DNA from: Planctomycetota bacterium | GTDB lineage: Bacteria; Planctomycetota; UBA1135; UBA2386 | Length of the DNA: 48,584 nucleotides | Assembly: GCA_947501605.1 (NCBI GenBank) | Contig: CANMWZ010000034.1 | Location: 1-48,584 of the forward strand | Reading direction: 5' to 3' | Shown: in pieces, positions 34,286 through 45,810 of the stretch | Layout: the number at the start of each line of letters is the position of its first letter | Numbering within the stretch: the stretch's first letter is position 1 | The notes under the pieces: model-generated | Told to the model about the DNA's origin: nothing | What the model saw: only the letters and a program-made list of their open reading frames with translations | The model's database searches: none | Made by a program: the position numbers and the translations under genes

Positions 34286-36556
34286 GTGCGTCATCCCAAC
34301 GTCATCCTGGCCGTGTTGTGCGTCGTTGCCGTTTGTCGCAGCCAGCAAGGCCCGACCGAGCGCATCGTCGCGACCTTCGCGCAGCGATGCATCGAGTGCC
34401 ACGATTCGGCGGCGAAGAAGGGCGGAATCGACTTCGAGACCCTGCCGCATGGGCCGAAGGTCGAGTGGCTCACAGCACTGCGTCGAGCGCTAGACCAGGT
34501 TCATGCTGGCGTGATGCCGCCCCGAGAAGCCGAACTGCTCACCAGCACCGAGCGGGTGCAGTTGCTCGCTGACGGTGCTGCAGTGCTCGCCGCCGAGGTG
34601 CCGCAGCTCGTTCCTTTGCCTCTGCGCGTCACGGTGCGACGGCTGTCGAGGGTCGAGTGGGAGTATGCGGTCTTCGATCTGTTTGGCGTGGTGACTGCGC
34701 GCGCGGATCAGTTCCCTGCCAATGACCTCGGCTACGGCTTCGACAACATCGGTGACGCGTTGTCATTCTCGACGTTGCATCTGGAGTCCTATCTCGCGGC
34801 GGCAGCCGATGTCGCAGGGCAAGTGTTCCATGGCGAAGACCCGGAGTCGCCGGCGCGGCAGCAAGTCGAAGCCGAGCGCATGGAAGCAGTCGATGGTGCG
34901 GCCTTCGATTCGTCGGGCGACGTCGCCAACTTGTATGCCAACGCGACGATTGCGACCGAAGTCGAACTGCCGCGCGACGGCAACTACCGCATTGCGGTGT
35001 TCGCGGGCGCGACCCAGGCGGGCGATGAGCCGGCGCGCATGACCGTGGCGATCGATGGGCGCGAGCTGTGCGCGATCGAGGTGCGGCAGCGAGAGCCAAG
35101 GGTCGAGACCGTGACGATCCCGATCGGGCGCGGTCGCCATCGAATCGCGATCGCCTTCGTCAACGACTTCTGGGATCCCCAGCACCCCGATCCACAACTC
35201 CGCGATCGGAATCTGATGGTGGACTGGATCGCGGTCGAAGGGCCACTGGACCTTCGGCCGCGTCCAACTCAGCAGGACTGGCTCGCGCCGCACGAGCACT
35301 CTGACTGGTCGGTGCTGGCGCGGGTGATCGCGTCGCGGGTGTATCGACACGAAGCTTCGCCGCAGCAGGCAAAGCTGTTGGTTGACGTGGCCGTGCGCGC
35401 CACCAAGAACGGGGCACCGCGCGACGAGGCGTCACGTCAGCTCTTGACGGCTGCGTTGCTCTCGCCGCGATTCCTGTTCCGCATCGAGCCGAAGTCCAAG
35501 GTCGGCAGAGGCACGGCATTGACGATCGAGCCGGTGCCTGCTCCGGAGCTGGCCGTACGCCTGTCGTTCTTGCTGTGGAGCAGCGTGCCCGACGACGAAC
35601 TTGCTGCCCTGGGACGCAGCGGCAAGCTGCAAGAGCCCTTGACCCTGAAACGCCAGCTCGAGCGCATGCTGCGCGATCCGCGGGCGGCGCGTTTGAGCCA
35701 GAACTTCGCGTCCCAGTGGCTCGAATTGCGGGCCCTCGACGTGCGGACGCCGGACCCGTCGCTCTTCCCGGCCTTTACCGACACGTTGCGAGCCTCGATG
35801 CGGCGCGAGACCGAGTTGCTGTTTCAAGCCGTGCTTGCGGAGGGACTCGACGTGCGGACTCTGTTGGACAGCGACTTCACCTACCTCGACGCCGCCTTGG
35901 CGCACTTCTACGGCTTCGACGGCGCCTTCGGCGACGAGTTCGTGCGCGTGAAGCTCGAAGGGAATGCGCGGCGCCGCCGCGGCCTCCTCGGCCACGCGAG
36001 CTTCCTTTTGGTCACCTCGAACCCGACGCGCACATCGCCAGTCAAGCGCGGTAAGTGGGTGCTCGAGAATCTCCTCGATCAGGCGCCGCCGCCGCCGCCA
36101 CCGGGCAATGCGATCTTTGCCAGTGAGTCCTCGGTGCGCGCGCCGCGCGTTCTACGCGAGCAGCTCGCGGCGCATCGCGCGCGCGAGGCCTGCGCGAGTT
36201 GCCATGCGCGGATGGACGCATTTGGGCTCGCGCTCGAGCGCTTCGATGCGATCGGGCAGTTCCGCGATCAGGTCGACGGCGATCCGATCGATGCCTCGGC
36301 GACGCTGCCTGATGGCACGCAATTGGACGGCGAAGCAGCGCTCCGAGCCTTGCTGGTCGACAACCCGGCGTTTCCGCGCACGATGTTGCGCAAGCTGTTC
36401 GTCTATGGCGTCGGCCGCGAGGCGACCGCCAGCGAACGATTGGCGCTCGACCTTGCAGTCGACCAAAAGGCGGCGCTCGGTGTCGTGACGATTGCCGACT
36501 TGCTGGCGATCCTCGTGGCGACGCCGGCGTTCACGCATCGCGAGGTCCTTCGATGA
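34286..36556 (+). CDS. Planctomycete DUF1592/1588/1587/1585 protein with cytochrome c motifs and a CBM-like insert
   Basis: CIECH, RRLSRVEWE, GFDNIG, IAFVND...DRNL.VDWI, L.SPRFLFR, NFASQWL, RTSPVKRGKWVL and CASCH motifs. Confidence 0.88.
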   Translation: MRHPNVILAVLCVVAVCRSQQGPTERIVATFAQRCIECHDSAAKKGGIDFETLPHGPKVEWLTALRRALDQVHAGVMPPREAELLTSTERVQLLADGAAVLAAEVPQLVPLPLRVTVRRLSRVEWEYAVFDLFGVVTARADQFPANDLGYGFDNIGDALSFSTLHLESYLAAAADVAGQVFHGEDPESPARQQVEAERMEAVDGAAFDSSGDVANLYANATIATEVELPRDGNYRIAVFAGATQAGDEPARMTVAIDGRELCAIEVRQREPRVETVTIPIGRGRHRIAIAFVNDFWDPQHPDPQLRDRNLMVDWIAVEGPLDLRPRPTQQDWLAPHEHSDWSVLARVIASRVYRHEASPQQAKLLVDVAVRATKNGAPRDEASRQLLTAALLSPRFLFRIEPKSKVGRGTALTIEPVPAPELAVRLSFLLWSSVPDDELAALGRSGKLQEPLTLKRQLERMLRDPRAARLSQNFASQWLELRALDVRTPDPSLFPAFTDTLRASMRRETELLFQAVLAEGLDVRTLLDSDFTYLDAALAHFYGFDGAFGDEFVRVKLEGNARRRRGLLGHASFLLVTSNPTRTSPVKRGKWVLENLLDQAPPPPPPGNAIFASESSVRAPRVLREQLAAHRAREACASCHARMDAFGLALERFDAIGQFRDQVDGDPIDASATLPDGTQLDGEAALRALLVDNPAFPRTMLRKLFVYGVGREATASERLALDLAVDQKAALGVVTIADLLAILVATPAFTHREVLR

Positions 36557-37875
36557 CGGCTGCCTTTCAAAACCGATCGCTCGACCGACGCACGTTCCTG
36601 CGCGGGACCGCTACTGCCATTGCCGTGCCCTGGCTCGACGCGATGGCCAAGGCGGTGTCGTCGCCCCCGATGTCGCCGCGTCGTGCTCTGTTCGTGTACT
36701 TGCCGAGCGGCGTGAAGCTCGACGAGTGGACGCCAGCAGCAGGCAAGACCCCGAGGCTGCCGTACTTGCTGGAGCCGCTCGAGCCCGTTCGATCGCGGGT
36801 CACTATCATCTCTGGCCTTGCCCTTGACGGTGGCCGTGCGCATGGCGATGGCCCCGGCGACCACGCCCGTGAAGCGGCGTCGTTCTTGACCTGTGCGCAC
36901 CCGCGGAAAACGGGTGGCGCCGACGTCCATGTCGGCGTGTCCGTGGACCAAGTGCTTGCCAAGGCGATCGGCGAGGCCACGCGCTTTGCGTCGCTCGAGT
37001 TGGGCACCGAGCGCGGCGTCGCGGCGGGCATTTGCGACTCTGGCTATTCGTGTGCCTACAGCAACAACATCAGTTGGCGCACAAAGCAGACGCCGGTTGC
37101 CAAGGAGACCGAGCCGCGCGCGGTGTTTGCCCGACTGTTCGGGGATCCCGAGAGTGCGATGGACCAGTCGGCGCAGCAACGTCAACGAGCCCGCACCGGG
37201 AGTGTGCTCGATGCAGTGCGCGGCGACGCCGAGAGCCTCGCGCGCGAACTCGGTGGTCGGGACCGGCAGAAGCTCGACGAGTACCTCGACAGCGTTCGCG
37301 AGCTGGAACGTCGCATCGAGCAAGAAGCGAAGCAGGTCGTCGATGTCCCTGACGTGTCGGCTGGCCTACTCGAAGGCAGCGGGGATTTCGCGCATCGACT
37401 CGACGCGATGTACGAGTTGCTCTCGCTGGCGCTCGCCACCGACCAGACGCGCGTGGCGTCACTGATGCTCGGCAACGCTGGCAGCAATCGTAGTTATCGA
37501 TTCCTCGGCGTGCCGGAAGGGCATCACGATCTCAGCCACCACGGCGGCGACGCGCACAAGCTTGCCGGCGTGCGCGCGATCGTCAGGTTCCACATCGAGC
37601 GGTTTGCTGCGTTCTTGCAGCAGTTGGAGGCCAGGGAAGTGAGCGGTGCGCGCTTGTTGGAGCGAACCATGGTGGTGTTCGGCAGTGGTCTCAGCGACGG
37701 CGATCGCCACAACCACGAAGATCTGCCGGTGCTGCTCTGCGGCGGCCATCGCGGTGACCGGCATCTGCAACTTCAGCAGGAGACGCCGATGGCGAATCTC
37801 TACGTCAGCGTGTTGCGCGCGAGTGGGGTCAAGGTCGACGAGTTTGCTGACAGCACGGGCGCGCTCGACGTCTGA
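36553..37875 (+). CDS. DUF1552 domain protein (Tat signal)
   Basis: RRTFLRG...PWLDAM, GPGDHAR, SVDQ, CDSGYSCAY..NISW and HHDLSHH motifs; 4-nt overlap with the upstream gene. Confidence 0.9.
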   Translation: MTAAFQNRSLDRRTFLRGTATAIAVPWLDAMAKAVSSPPMSPRRALFVYLPSGVKLDEWTPAAGKTPRLPYLLEPLEPVRSRVTIISGLALDGGRAHGDGPGDHAREAASFLTCAHPRKTGGADVHVGVSVDQVLAKAIGEATRFASLELGTERGVAAGICDSGYSCAYSNNISWRTKQTPVAKETEPRAVFARLFGDPESAMDQSAQQRQRARTGSVLDAVRGDAESLARELGGRDRQKLDEYLDSVRELERRIEQEAKQVVDVPDVSAGLLEGSGDFAHRLDAMYELLSLALATDQTRVASLMLGNAGSNRSYRFLGVPEGHHDLSHHGGDAHKLAGVRAIVRFHIERFAAFLQQLEAREVSGARLLERTMVVFGSGLSDGDRHNHEDLPVLLCGGHRGDRHLQLQQETPMANLYVSVLRASGVKVDEFADSTGALDV

Positions 37876-37886
37876 TGCGCAGACTT

Positions 37887-39740
<1,854 letters not shown>

Positions 39741-39954
39741 GAAGCCGAGTCTATTGCCCTCGACCGACTTCGGCTGCGGGCATTCCAACTCGTTGCGGCC
39801 GAGGTTCGCGCGATGTTCAGGTCCATGCCTTGGCTAGCAGGGATCTCGCCATGGGGCGATCGCAGTCGCTGGCGCTTTGGCAAACCACTTCTAGGCTCAC
39901 GTGGATCCAGAACACGCCAACGTCGATCGTCGATGGCGCGTAGAGGCACTTCGC

Positions 39955-41091
39955 ATGACTGATTCGACTCGCCGTTCCTTTCTCTCGGGGGTCGCCGCTG
40001 CTGCGGCGGCACCACTCGCCGCTCATTCCCTCGCTGCCGGAGTTGATAGGCAGCGCGCCATTCCAGCGCCCAAGCCCCTGAGCTTGCTCGTGCTCGGAGG
40101 CACCGGGTTCCTCGGGCCGCATTTCGTGCAGAGTGCGCTGGCGCGAGGCCACACGGTCGCGCTCTTCCATCGCGGCAAGACCAACGGCGAGCTGTTTCCA
40201 GAACTCGAACACCTGAAGGGCGACCGTGAGAGCGGAGATCTCGAAGCCCTGAAGGGGCGGACCTTCGACGCGATCATCGACAACTCTGGCTACGTGCCGG
40301 CGCACGTCGAAGCGACGGCCAAGCTCTTCGCGGCGACGGCACAGCAGTATCTGTTTGTCAGCACCGTGTCCGTCTACGAGGAGCCAGAAAGTGGGCCCAA
40401 CTCCTTCGACGAAAACGCGGCGGTTGGCAAGGTCACCGACGAGCAGGTTGTCGCCGTGCGCACGATTCGCGAATCGATGCCGCATTACGGGGCACTCAAG
40501 GCGCGATGCGAAGCCGCAGCCGAAGCGGCGATGCCAGGCAAGGTGGCCAACGTGCGGCCTGGCCTGATCGTCGGTCCGCGCGACACCAGTGATCGGTTCA
40601 CTTGGTGGCCAGTACGAGCTGATCGCGGCGGCGAGATGCTCGCCCCGGGCGACCGCGATGCCGAGGTGCAGATGATCGATGTTCGGGACCTCGCTGATTG
40701 GATGGTTCACATTCTCGAGAAGCGCCTCTGTGGCGTGTTCAACGCGGTCGGCTACTCCGGCCCGGTGACCATGGAGCAGGTGCTGCAGGGGTGTCGCAAC
40801 GCGACCAGTACTCCGGGTTCGCTGACGTGGGTGGACGAGGAGTTCCTGCTCGAACAGCAAGTCGGTCCATGGATGGAGATGCCGCTGTGGATCCCACGGG
40901 ATGCACGGCGCCGTTACGAGAACGAGCGTGCGATTCAGAACGGTCTCACGTTTCGCCCTCTGGCCGACACGATTCGCGACACGCTCGCATGGGCCAAGAC
41001 CGAACGCGGCGACCGTCCGTTCCAACGCACCGGGCTCAAACCTGAGCGCGAGCAAGAAGTGCTGCTGGCGTGGAAGAGCAAGGCCAAGTGA
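39955..41091 (+). CDS. NAD-dependent epimerase/dehydratase family (extended SDR) with Tat-like signal
   Basis: TRRSFL signal; LVLGGTGFLG, YGALKARCE and RPGLIVGP.D motifs. Confidence 0.88.
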   Translation: MTDSTRRSFLSGVAAAAAAPLAAHSLAAGVDRQRAIPAPKPLSLLVLGGTGFLGPHFVQSALARGHTVALFHRGKTNGELFPELEHLKGDRESGDLEALKGRTFDAIIDNSGYVPAHVEATAKLFAATAQQYLFVSTVSVYEEPESGPNSFDENAAVGKVTDEQVVAVRTIRESMPHYGALKARCEAAAEAAMPGKVANVRPGLIVGPRDTSDRFTWWPVRADRGGEMLAPGDRDAEVQMIDVRDLADWMVHILEKRLCGVFNAVGYSGPVTMEQVLQGCRNATSTPGSLTWVDEEFLLEQQVGPWMEMPLWIPRDARRRYENERAIQNGLTFRPLADTIRDTLAWAKTERGDRPFQRTGLKPEREQEVLLAWKSKAK

Positions 41092-43136
41092 ACGCGCGCA
41101 CGGGACTCGCGCGCGGAGTCGCCGCTCTGTTGCTGCTGCTGGCGAGCGTATCGCTGCGGGCGCAAGGCGAACTCGGTCTCGGCCGGATGTGGACCTTCCA
41201 CGAGCCGCCGACGCAATGGTTGCAGAGCACCTATGACTTCACGCCGGACCCGAGGTGGTTCGACGCTGTGCGGCTCGCAACCCTGCGATTCGGCGCCGGG
41301 TGTTCCGCGTCATTCGTGTCGTCGCAGGGCCTGATCCTGACCAATCACCACTGCGTCAGCAGCGCGCTTGCTCGTCATGGGGGCGCTGGCGATCTCGTGC
41401 GCGACGGCTTCGTTGCGACCAGCTACGCCGACGAGCTCCGCCTACCGGAGCTGGCGGTCGAGCAACTCGTCGCGATGTGCGACATCACCGAGCGCATGGA
41501 AGCCGGGATCGCAGCGACTGACGATCCGGCGACCGCGGCCAAGAAGCGGAGCGCCAACGAGGAGCGCGTCCTTGCCGCCGCCGCTGCCGCCGCGCCGTTG
41601 CTGCGGGCGGAGGTAGTGTCGCTGTTCCACGGCGCGCAATGGCAGCTCTACCAGTACCGGGTGTTCGACGATGTGCGGCTGGTCATGGCGCCGCATCTGC
41701 AGATCGCGCATTTCGGCGGTGACCCCGACAACTTCGTCTACCCACGCCACAGCATCGACTTTGCCTTCTGCCGCGCTTGGGAGGGTGACGCGCCGGTAGA
41801 CACCAAGGGCACGCACTTTGAATGGAGTGACGGTCCGAGCGAGGGGCAACTCGTGTTCTTGGCCGGCAATCCCGGTCGCACGCAGCGCCTCCTCGGCAGC
41901 AAGCAGCTCGAGTACCTACGCGACGTGCGCTACCCGCGGGTGCGTGAGCAAATCGATCACCGCCTTGCGATACTGCGCGCCGCGATCGACGGGGAGCCTG
42001 AGCGAGAACAGAAGCTTCGCTCGGCATTGCTCAGCTACGAGAACGGCCAGAAGCTCTATCGCGGTGAACACGGCGCGCTCCAGGATCCGGCGTTCATGGC
42101 GAGCAAGGTGGCCGGCGAACAGAAGCTGCAGGCCCGACTCGCCGCCGATCCAGCGCTGGCTCTGCGCTTTGGCGGTCTGTTTGCCAGCATCGCCGAGATT
42201 GCCGCAGCGCGTCGCTCGAGCGAAGGCCGCTTGCACTTCCATTCCGCCGGCGGGTGGCTACCGCTGCAACGTGCGCTCGCGCTAGTAGCCATGGCGCATG
42301 GCGGCGATGCGCGCCCGCTGGAGTCCGTGAAGAAGTCGCGCGCGAGCGATGATTCCGATCTGCAGCGCGCCTTCTTCGTCGACCATCTCGAACGTGCTCG
42401 GGCCTGGTTGCCACAAGGCGATCCGTATCTCGCAGTCGTGCTCGACGGCGAGGCGCCCGATGCCGTGGCGGAGCGCTTGCGTGCGACCTTGCTCGGGGAT
42501 GCGCTGCAGTTCGCGGCCGTCGAAGCATCTGGGCGCGATGCGATCCAGAACCATGAGGATCTGCTGCTGCGGCTCGCGCGGCCGCTGTGGCCGATCGTCG
42601 CGGCGGCGCGCCGGGAGGCCGAGGACCTCGAAGTGCGCGAACGCGCCGTGATGGCACAGTTCGGGCAGGCGGTGTTCGCGGTCTACGGTCACGCCGTCAG
42701 CCCCGACGCATCGATGACCCTGCGCCTGTCGGACGGTCTCGTACGCGGCTACGGCTACAACGGCACCATCGCTCCTTGGCGCACGCTGATGCAAGGACTG
42801 TTCGCGCGCAGCAACGAGTTCGATGGGCGGCCGCCCTTTGACTTGCCGGCGGCGTGGACTGAGGCGATGCCGCGCCTCGATCCGCTGACGCCTGTCGACT
42901 TCGTGTGCACCTGTGATTCGACCGGAGGCAACTCAGGGAGTCCGGTCATCGACGTGCAGCGCCGCCTCGTCGGTCTTCTGTTCGACGGGAACATCGAGTC
43001 TCTCGGCAACGAGTTCTTGTTCCGCGACCACTCGGAACGAAGCGTTTGCGTGCATCCGCGCGCCATCCTGGAAGCCCTGAAGCACGTCTACGCTGCCGAT
43101 ACGTTGGTGCGCGAACTGCAAGCGCCCCGGCGCTGA
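41088..43136 (+). CDS. S46 family dipeptidyl peptidase (DPP7-like)
   Basis: GCSASFVS..GLILTNHHC, FGGDPDNF..PRH..DF and TGGNSGSPV; FDGN points to the DPP7-type Gly S1 residue. GTG start overlaps the upstream stop. Confidence 0.92.
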   Translation: MNARTGLARGVAALLLLLASVSLRAQGELGLGRMWTFHEPPTQWLQSTYDFTPDPRWFDAVRLATLRFGAGCSASFVSSQGLILTNHHCVSSALARHGGAGDLVRDGFVATSYADELRLPELAVEQLVAMCDITERMEAGIAATDDPATAAKKRSANEERVLAAAAAAAPLLRAEVVSLFHGAQWQLYQYRVFDDVRLVMAPHLQIAHFGGDPDNFVYPRHSIDFAFCRAWEGDAPVDTKGTHFEWSDGPSEGQLVFLAGNPGRTQRLLGSKQLEYLRDVRYPRVREQIDHRLAILRAAIDGEPEREQKLRSALLSYENGQKLYRGEHGALQDPAFMASKVAGEQKLQARLAADPALALRFGGLFASIAEIAAARRSSEGRLHFHSAGGWLPLQRALALVAMAHGGDARPLESVKKSRASDDSDLQRAFFVDHLERARAWLPQGDPYLAVVLDGEAPDAVAERLRATLLGDALQFAAVEASGRDAIQNHEDLLLRLARPLWPIVAAARREAEDLEVRERAVMAQFGQAVFAVYGHAVSPDASMTLRLSDGLVRGYGYNGTIAPWRTLMQGLFARSNEFDGRPPFDLPAAWTEAMPRLDPLTPVDFVCTCDSTGGNSGSPVIDVQRRLVGLLFDGNIESLGNEFLFRDHSERSVCVHPRAILEALKHVYAADTLVRELQAPRR

Positions 43137-43158
43137 CGGCAGCGAGCCCGTAGCCCGG

Positions 43159-44337
43159 CTACGAAAGGCGAGTGCGTTCGCGCAGCCAGAAGCCCGACAA
43201 CGACACCAGCAGGATGCTCGCGAATCCGAGGAGGCGCCAGCGCGGATCGCGCGTGCTCTCCTGACCCAGATCCTGCAAGGCGGCCTCGAGAACGGGATTG
43301 GCCCCGAGTGCCCCGCGCGTGCGCTCGCGCGTGTCGGCGGCAGCGAGCGGCCACAGTTCGCGAACCGCGGTTGTCGCCATCGCTGTCGCGAGCGGCATCG
43401 TGGCATCCGCCGCGGTGACGATCCGCGGCAACTCGCCAGCGGCCTGCAGGCGCACGAGCGCGTCCATGGCGCACAGTCGAATCGACTCATCGCCGTGGAG
43501 CATCGCCCGCAGGGCTGGCAGCGAGTTGCCACCGCTCCGCTGCATTTGGCGAACTGCTTCGAGCCGGTCGCCGTCGCGTCCGACGAAGGCGCGTAGTTGC
43601 CATTCGCGAAGCGCGTTGGTTGCTTGCATTCCGGCCTCGCGCGCGAGCGCCTGCCAGAGCAAGAACGCGGGCACCATCAACCCACCGGCGCTGCGCCCGT
43701 TGACGTGCAGGCGTCGCGCGTCGTGCCTTGCCGTGACGACTGCATCCCCGCACAGCAATGCGCCCGCAGTCAGTTGCTGCATCGAAGCGTCATCAGCCAC
43801 CGCGGCGCCCGCCAAGTTGCCGACCAGTGCGGCGACGTCGATGGTGCGTGGTGCGCCATCGAGATCGACATGTAGAACTGCCAGCAGTGCGCGAACGCGC
43901 GCAGGAACTCTAGTGCCTTCCACGACCCACGATTCGGAGCCGTCGTCAAGGCAGTCGAATCCAAGAGTGCACCCGTCGAGAGTTGCTTCGCCCGCGGCGA
44001 TGCAGCCAGGCGGCAGCGCCACACCGTCGGTAAAGCGCAAGCTGCCGGCTCCGACGTGCACCGTGAAGGGCTGCGAGCTATCGCGTTCGCGCGGCCATTC
44101 GCGGCGATGGGTCAGAACCTCGTCGCGCAGCCATGCCACCGCCGGCGTCGCGCTGCGGTCTCGTTGCGCTGCAAAGGCGATACTGACCACGGGCTGCGGC
44201 GTGGCCATCGCGGGCGCAGTCGGGCTCGGCGCTGCCTGCGCCGGAACGGTGCACGCCGCCGCTGCCACGAACGCCACTGCCATTCCGCAGCGGGTCCGCG
44301 AGCGATGCAGAACAGTCGTGCGGCGGAGTCTCACCAC
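43159..44337 (-). CDS. Hypothetical exported protein with HEAT-like repeats and C-terminal TM anchor
   Basis: Signal-like N-terminus, LPALRAML...RLCAMDALVRL repeat and C-terminal hydrophobic helix. Start may be 44283. Confidence 0.6.
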   Translation of the reverse strand: MVRLRRTTVLHRSRTRCGMAVAFVAAAACTVPAQAAPSPTAPAMATPQPVVSIAFAAQRDRSATPAVAWLRDEVLTHRREWPRERDSSQPFTVHVGAGSLRFTDGVALPPGCIAAGEATLDGCTLGFDCLDDGSESWVVEGTRVPARVRALLAVLHVDLDGAPRTIDVAALVGNLAGAAVADDASMQQLTAGALLCGDAVVTARHDARRLHVNGRSAGGLMVPAFLLWQALAREAGMQATNALREWQLRAFVGRDGDRLEAVRQMQRSGGNSLPALRAMLHGDESIRLCAMDALVRLQAAGELPRIVTAADATMPLATAMATTAVRELWPLAAADTRERTRGALGANPVLEAALQDLGQESTRDPRWRLLGFASILLVSLSGFWLRERTRLS

Positions 44338-44345
44338 TCTGGTCC

Positions 44346-45602
44346 TCAGTAGCGCGAGCTGCGCTCGTCACCGGCGGCCACGTGGTCGGCTGGGTTGCCA
44401 TCCATCCGCGGCGCTGTGCGCCAACCAGCGCGTGCCGGTTGTGGCCGAGGTGCGGGCGACGAAGGTGCGAGCATGGCGAGCGCTTCCGCTGCCGCGGACG
44501 CGTGCTTGGTGCGACGGCGTGCGATCACGATCATGACCAGACCGAGCGCCACGACTGCGCATGCACCACCGGCCGAGAGTTTGGTCTCCGGGCCCATCCT
44601 GTTCCATTGCCGCTCGACCATGCGGCCGATCGCGAGCGCGTTGGCCTTCGCCCTTTCGGCGAGGTCGCTCTCGGTTGCCGTGTCGGTGCCCCGCGCCTGT
44701 TGCAGCGAGAGACGGATCAGCGGTTCGAGTTCGGCGCTCTCGACGCCGAGTCGGGCCTCCAGTGCGTTGGTCGTCGCCGGGTCGCGCAGTTCTCCAAGAC
44801 GTTGGATGGCGTAGCGACGCAACAGTGGATCCGCGTGGTCGAGCACGGCAAGGAGCGCGGTGGCCTCGTCCCTCGGTGCCAGCCTGGGCGACAGTCCTTG
44901 GAACAAGAAGGCCAAGGCAATGCCGGTCTCCGGGGCGACAAAGCGCACCGAGGTGGCAGCGGTGAGCAGGTCGTTCTTGGCCCCGAGATCGTGGAGGGCG
45001 ACGAGAGCTGCGGCGATATCAGAGGGTGCGCTTTCGGAGCGTGCCTTGCCGCGCTTCTCCAGCATGGCGAGCAGGGGCTGCGTCGCGACCGCGGCGCCGC
45101 GCCGAGCGAGCGCCTGAACTGCGAGACTGCGAACGGCGACTGCGTCGTCATCGGTGGCGCGTGAGATCGCGTCGGTGGTCGACGGCACCCCGAGCCGGTC
45201 CAAGGCCGAGAGCGCTTGCAGGCGAAGTCCGGCGTTGCCGTGCGTTACCAGCAGTTGACCGATTGCCGTCGCCGCCTCGGTTGCGTTCCATTCGCCGAGT
45301 TGCCACACCGCGCGCGCTGCGATGGCTGCGTCACTGTGACGGATGAGCGGCAACACCGCTGCGATATTGACCTCGGACTTGCCGTCCTTCTCGACGCGAC
45401 GGAGGGTCGCACCGGCCTCAGTGGAGCTCGGTTCTTCTGGCGATGGGTCACCCTGGCCTTGAGGCGCTACTGGTTCCCTCGATGGTTGCGGCTGCACTTC
45501 GCCGCTCGGTACCGCTGGGAGTGTTGGTGCCGGTGGTGTGACGGAGTTCTGCGGCTCCTGGAGGCAGGTCGCGGTAAGGGCAGCAAAGATCCAGTGCAGC
45601 AT
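44346..45602 (-). CDS. HEAT/PBS-lyase repeat exported protein with C-terminal TM
   Basis: Repeats such as RAVWQLG, RLQALSAL, RSLAVQAL and RRYAIQRLG. Start at ATG 45602, after GGAG. Confidence 0.8.
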   Translation of the reverse strand: MLHWIFAALTATCLQEPQNSVTPPAPTLPAVPSGEVQPQPSREPVAPQGQGDPSPEEPSSTEAGATLRRVEKDGKSEVNIAAVLPLIRHSDAAIAARAVWQLGEWNATEAATAIGQLLVTHGNAGLRLQALSALDRLGVPSTTDAISRATDDDAVAVRSLAVQALARRGAAVATQPLLAMLEKRGKARSESAPSDIAAALVALHDLGAKNDLLTAATSVRFVAPETGIALAFLFQGLSPRLAPRDEATALLAVLDHADPLLRRYAIQRLGELRDPATTNALEARLGVESAELEPLIRLSLQQARGTDTATESDLAERAKANALAIGRMVERQWNRMGPETKLSAGGACAVVALGLVMIVIARRRTKHASAAAEALAMLAPSSPAPRPQPARAGWRTAPRMDGNPADHVAAGDERSSRY

Positions 45603-45810
45603 CGGTGTCGTCTCCAGGTCGCAGAACTGGCCTTTGATCGACCATCCAAGACGACTGGCTGCACAGGAACGCGCGGCGGCGCATTTGCGTGGCGAACTGC
45701 GGCACTCACCGACTTCGTGGTCAAGCGCTGCGGCAGTACGCCGATCTTGCAGCGGGTACCTGTACGTGAGTGCGGCCGCGCGGGGCGACAGTTGGCGCGT
45801 GAGTAGAAGG

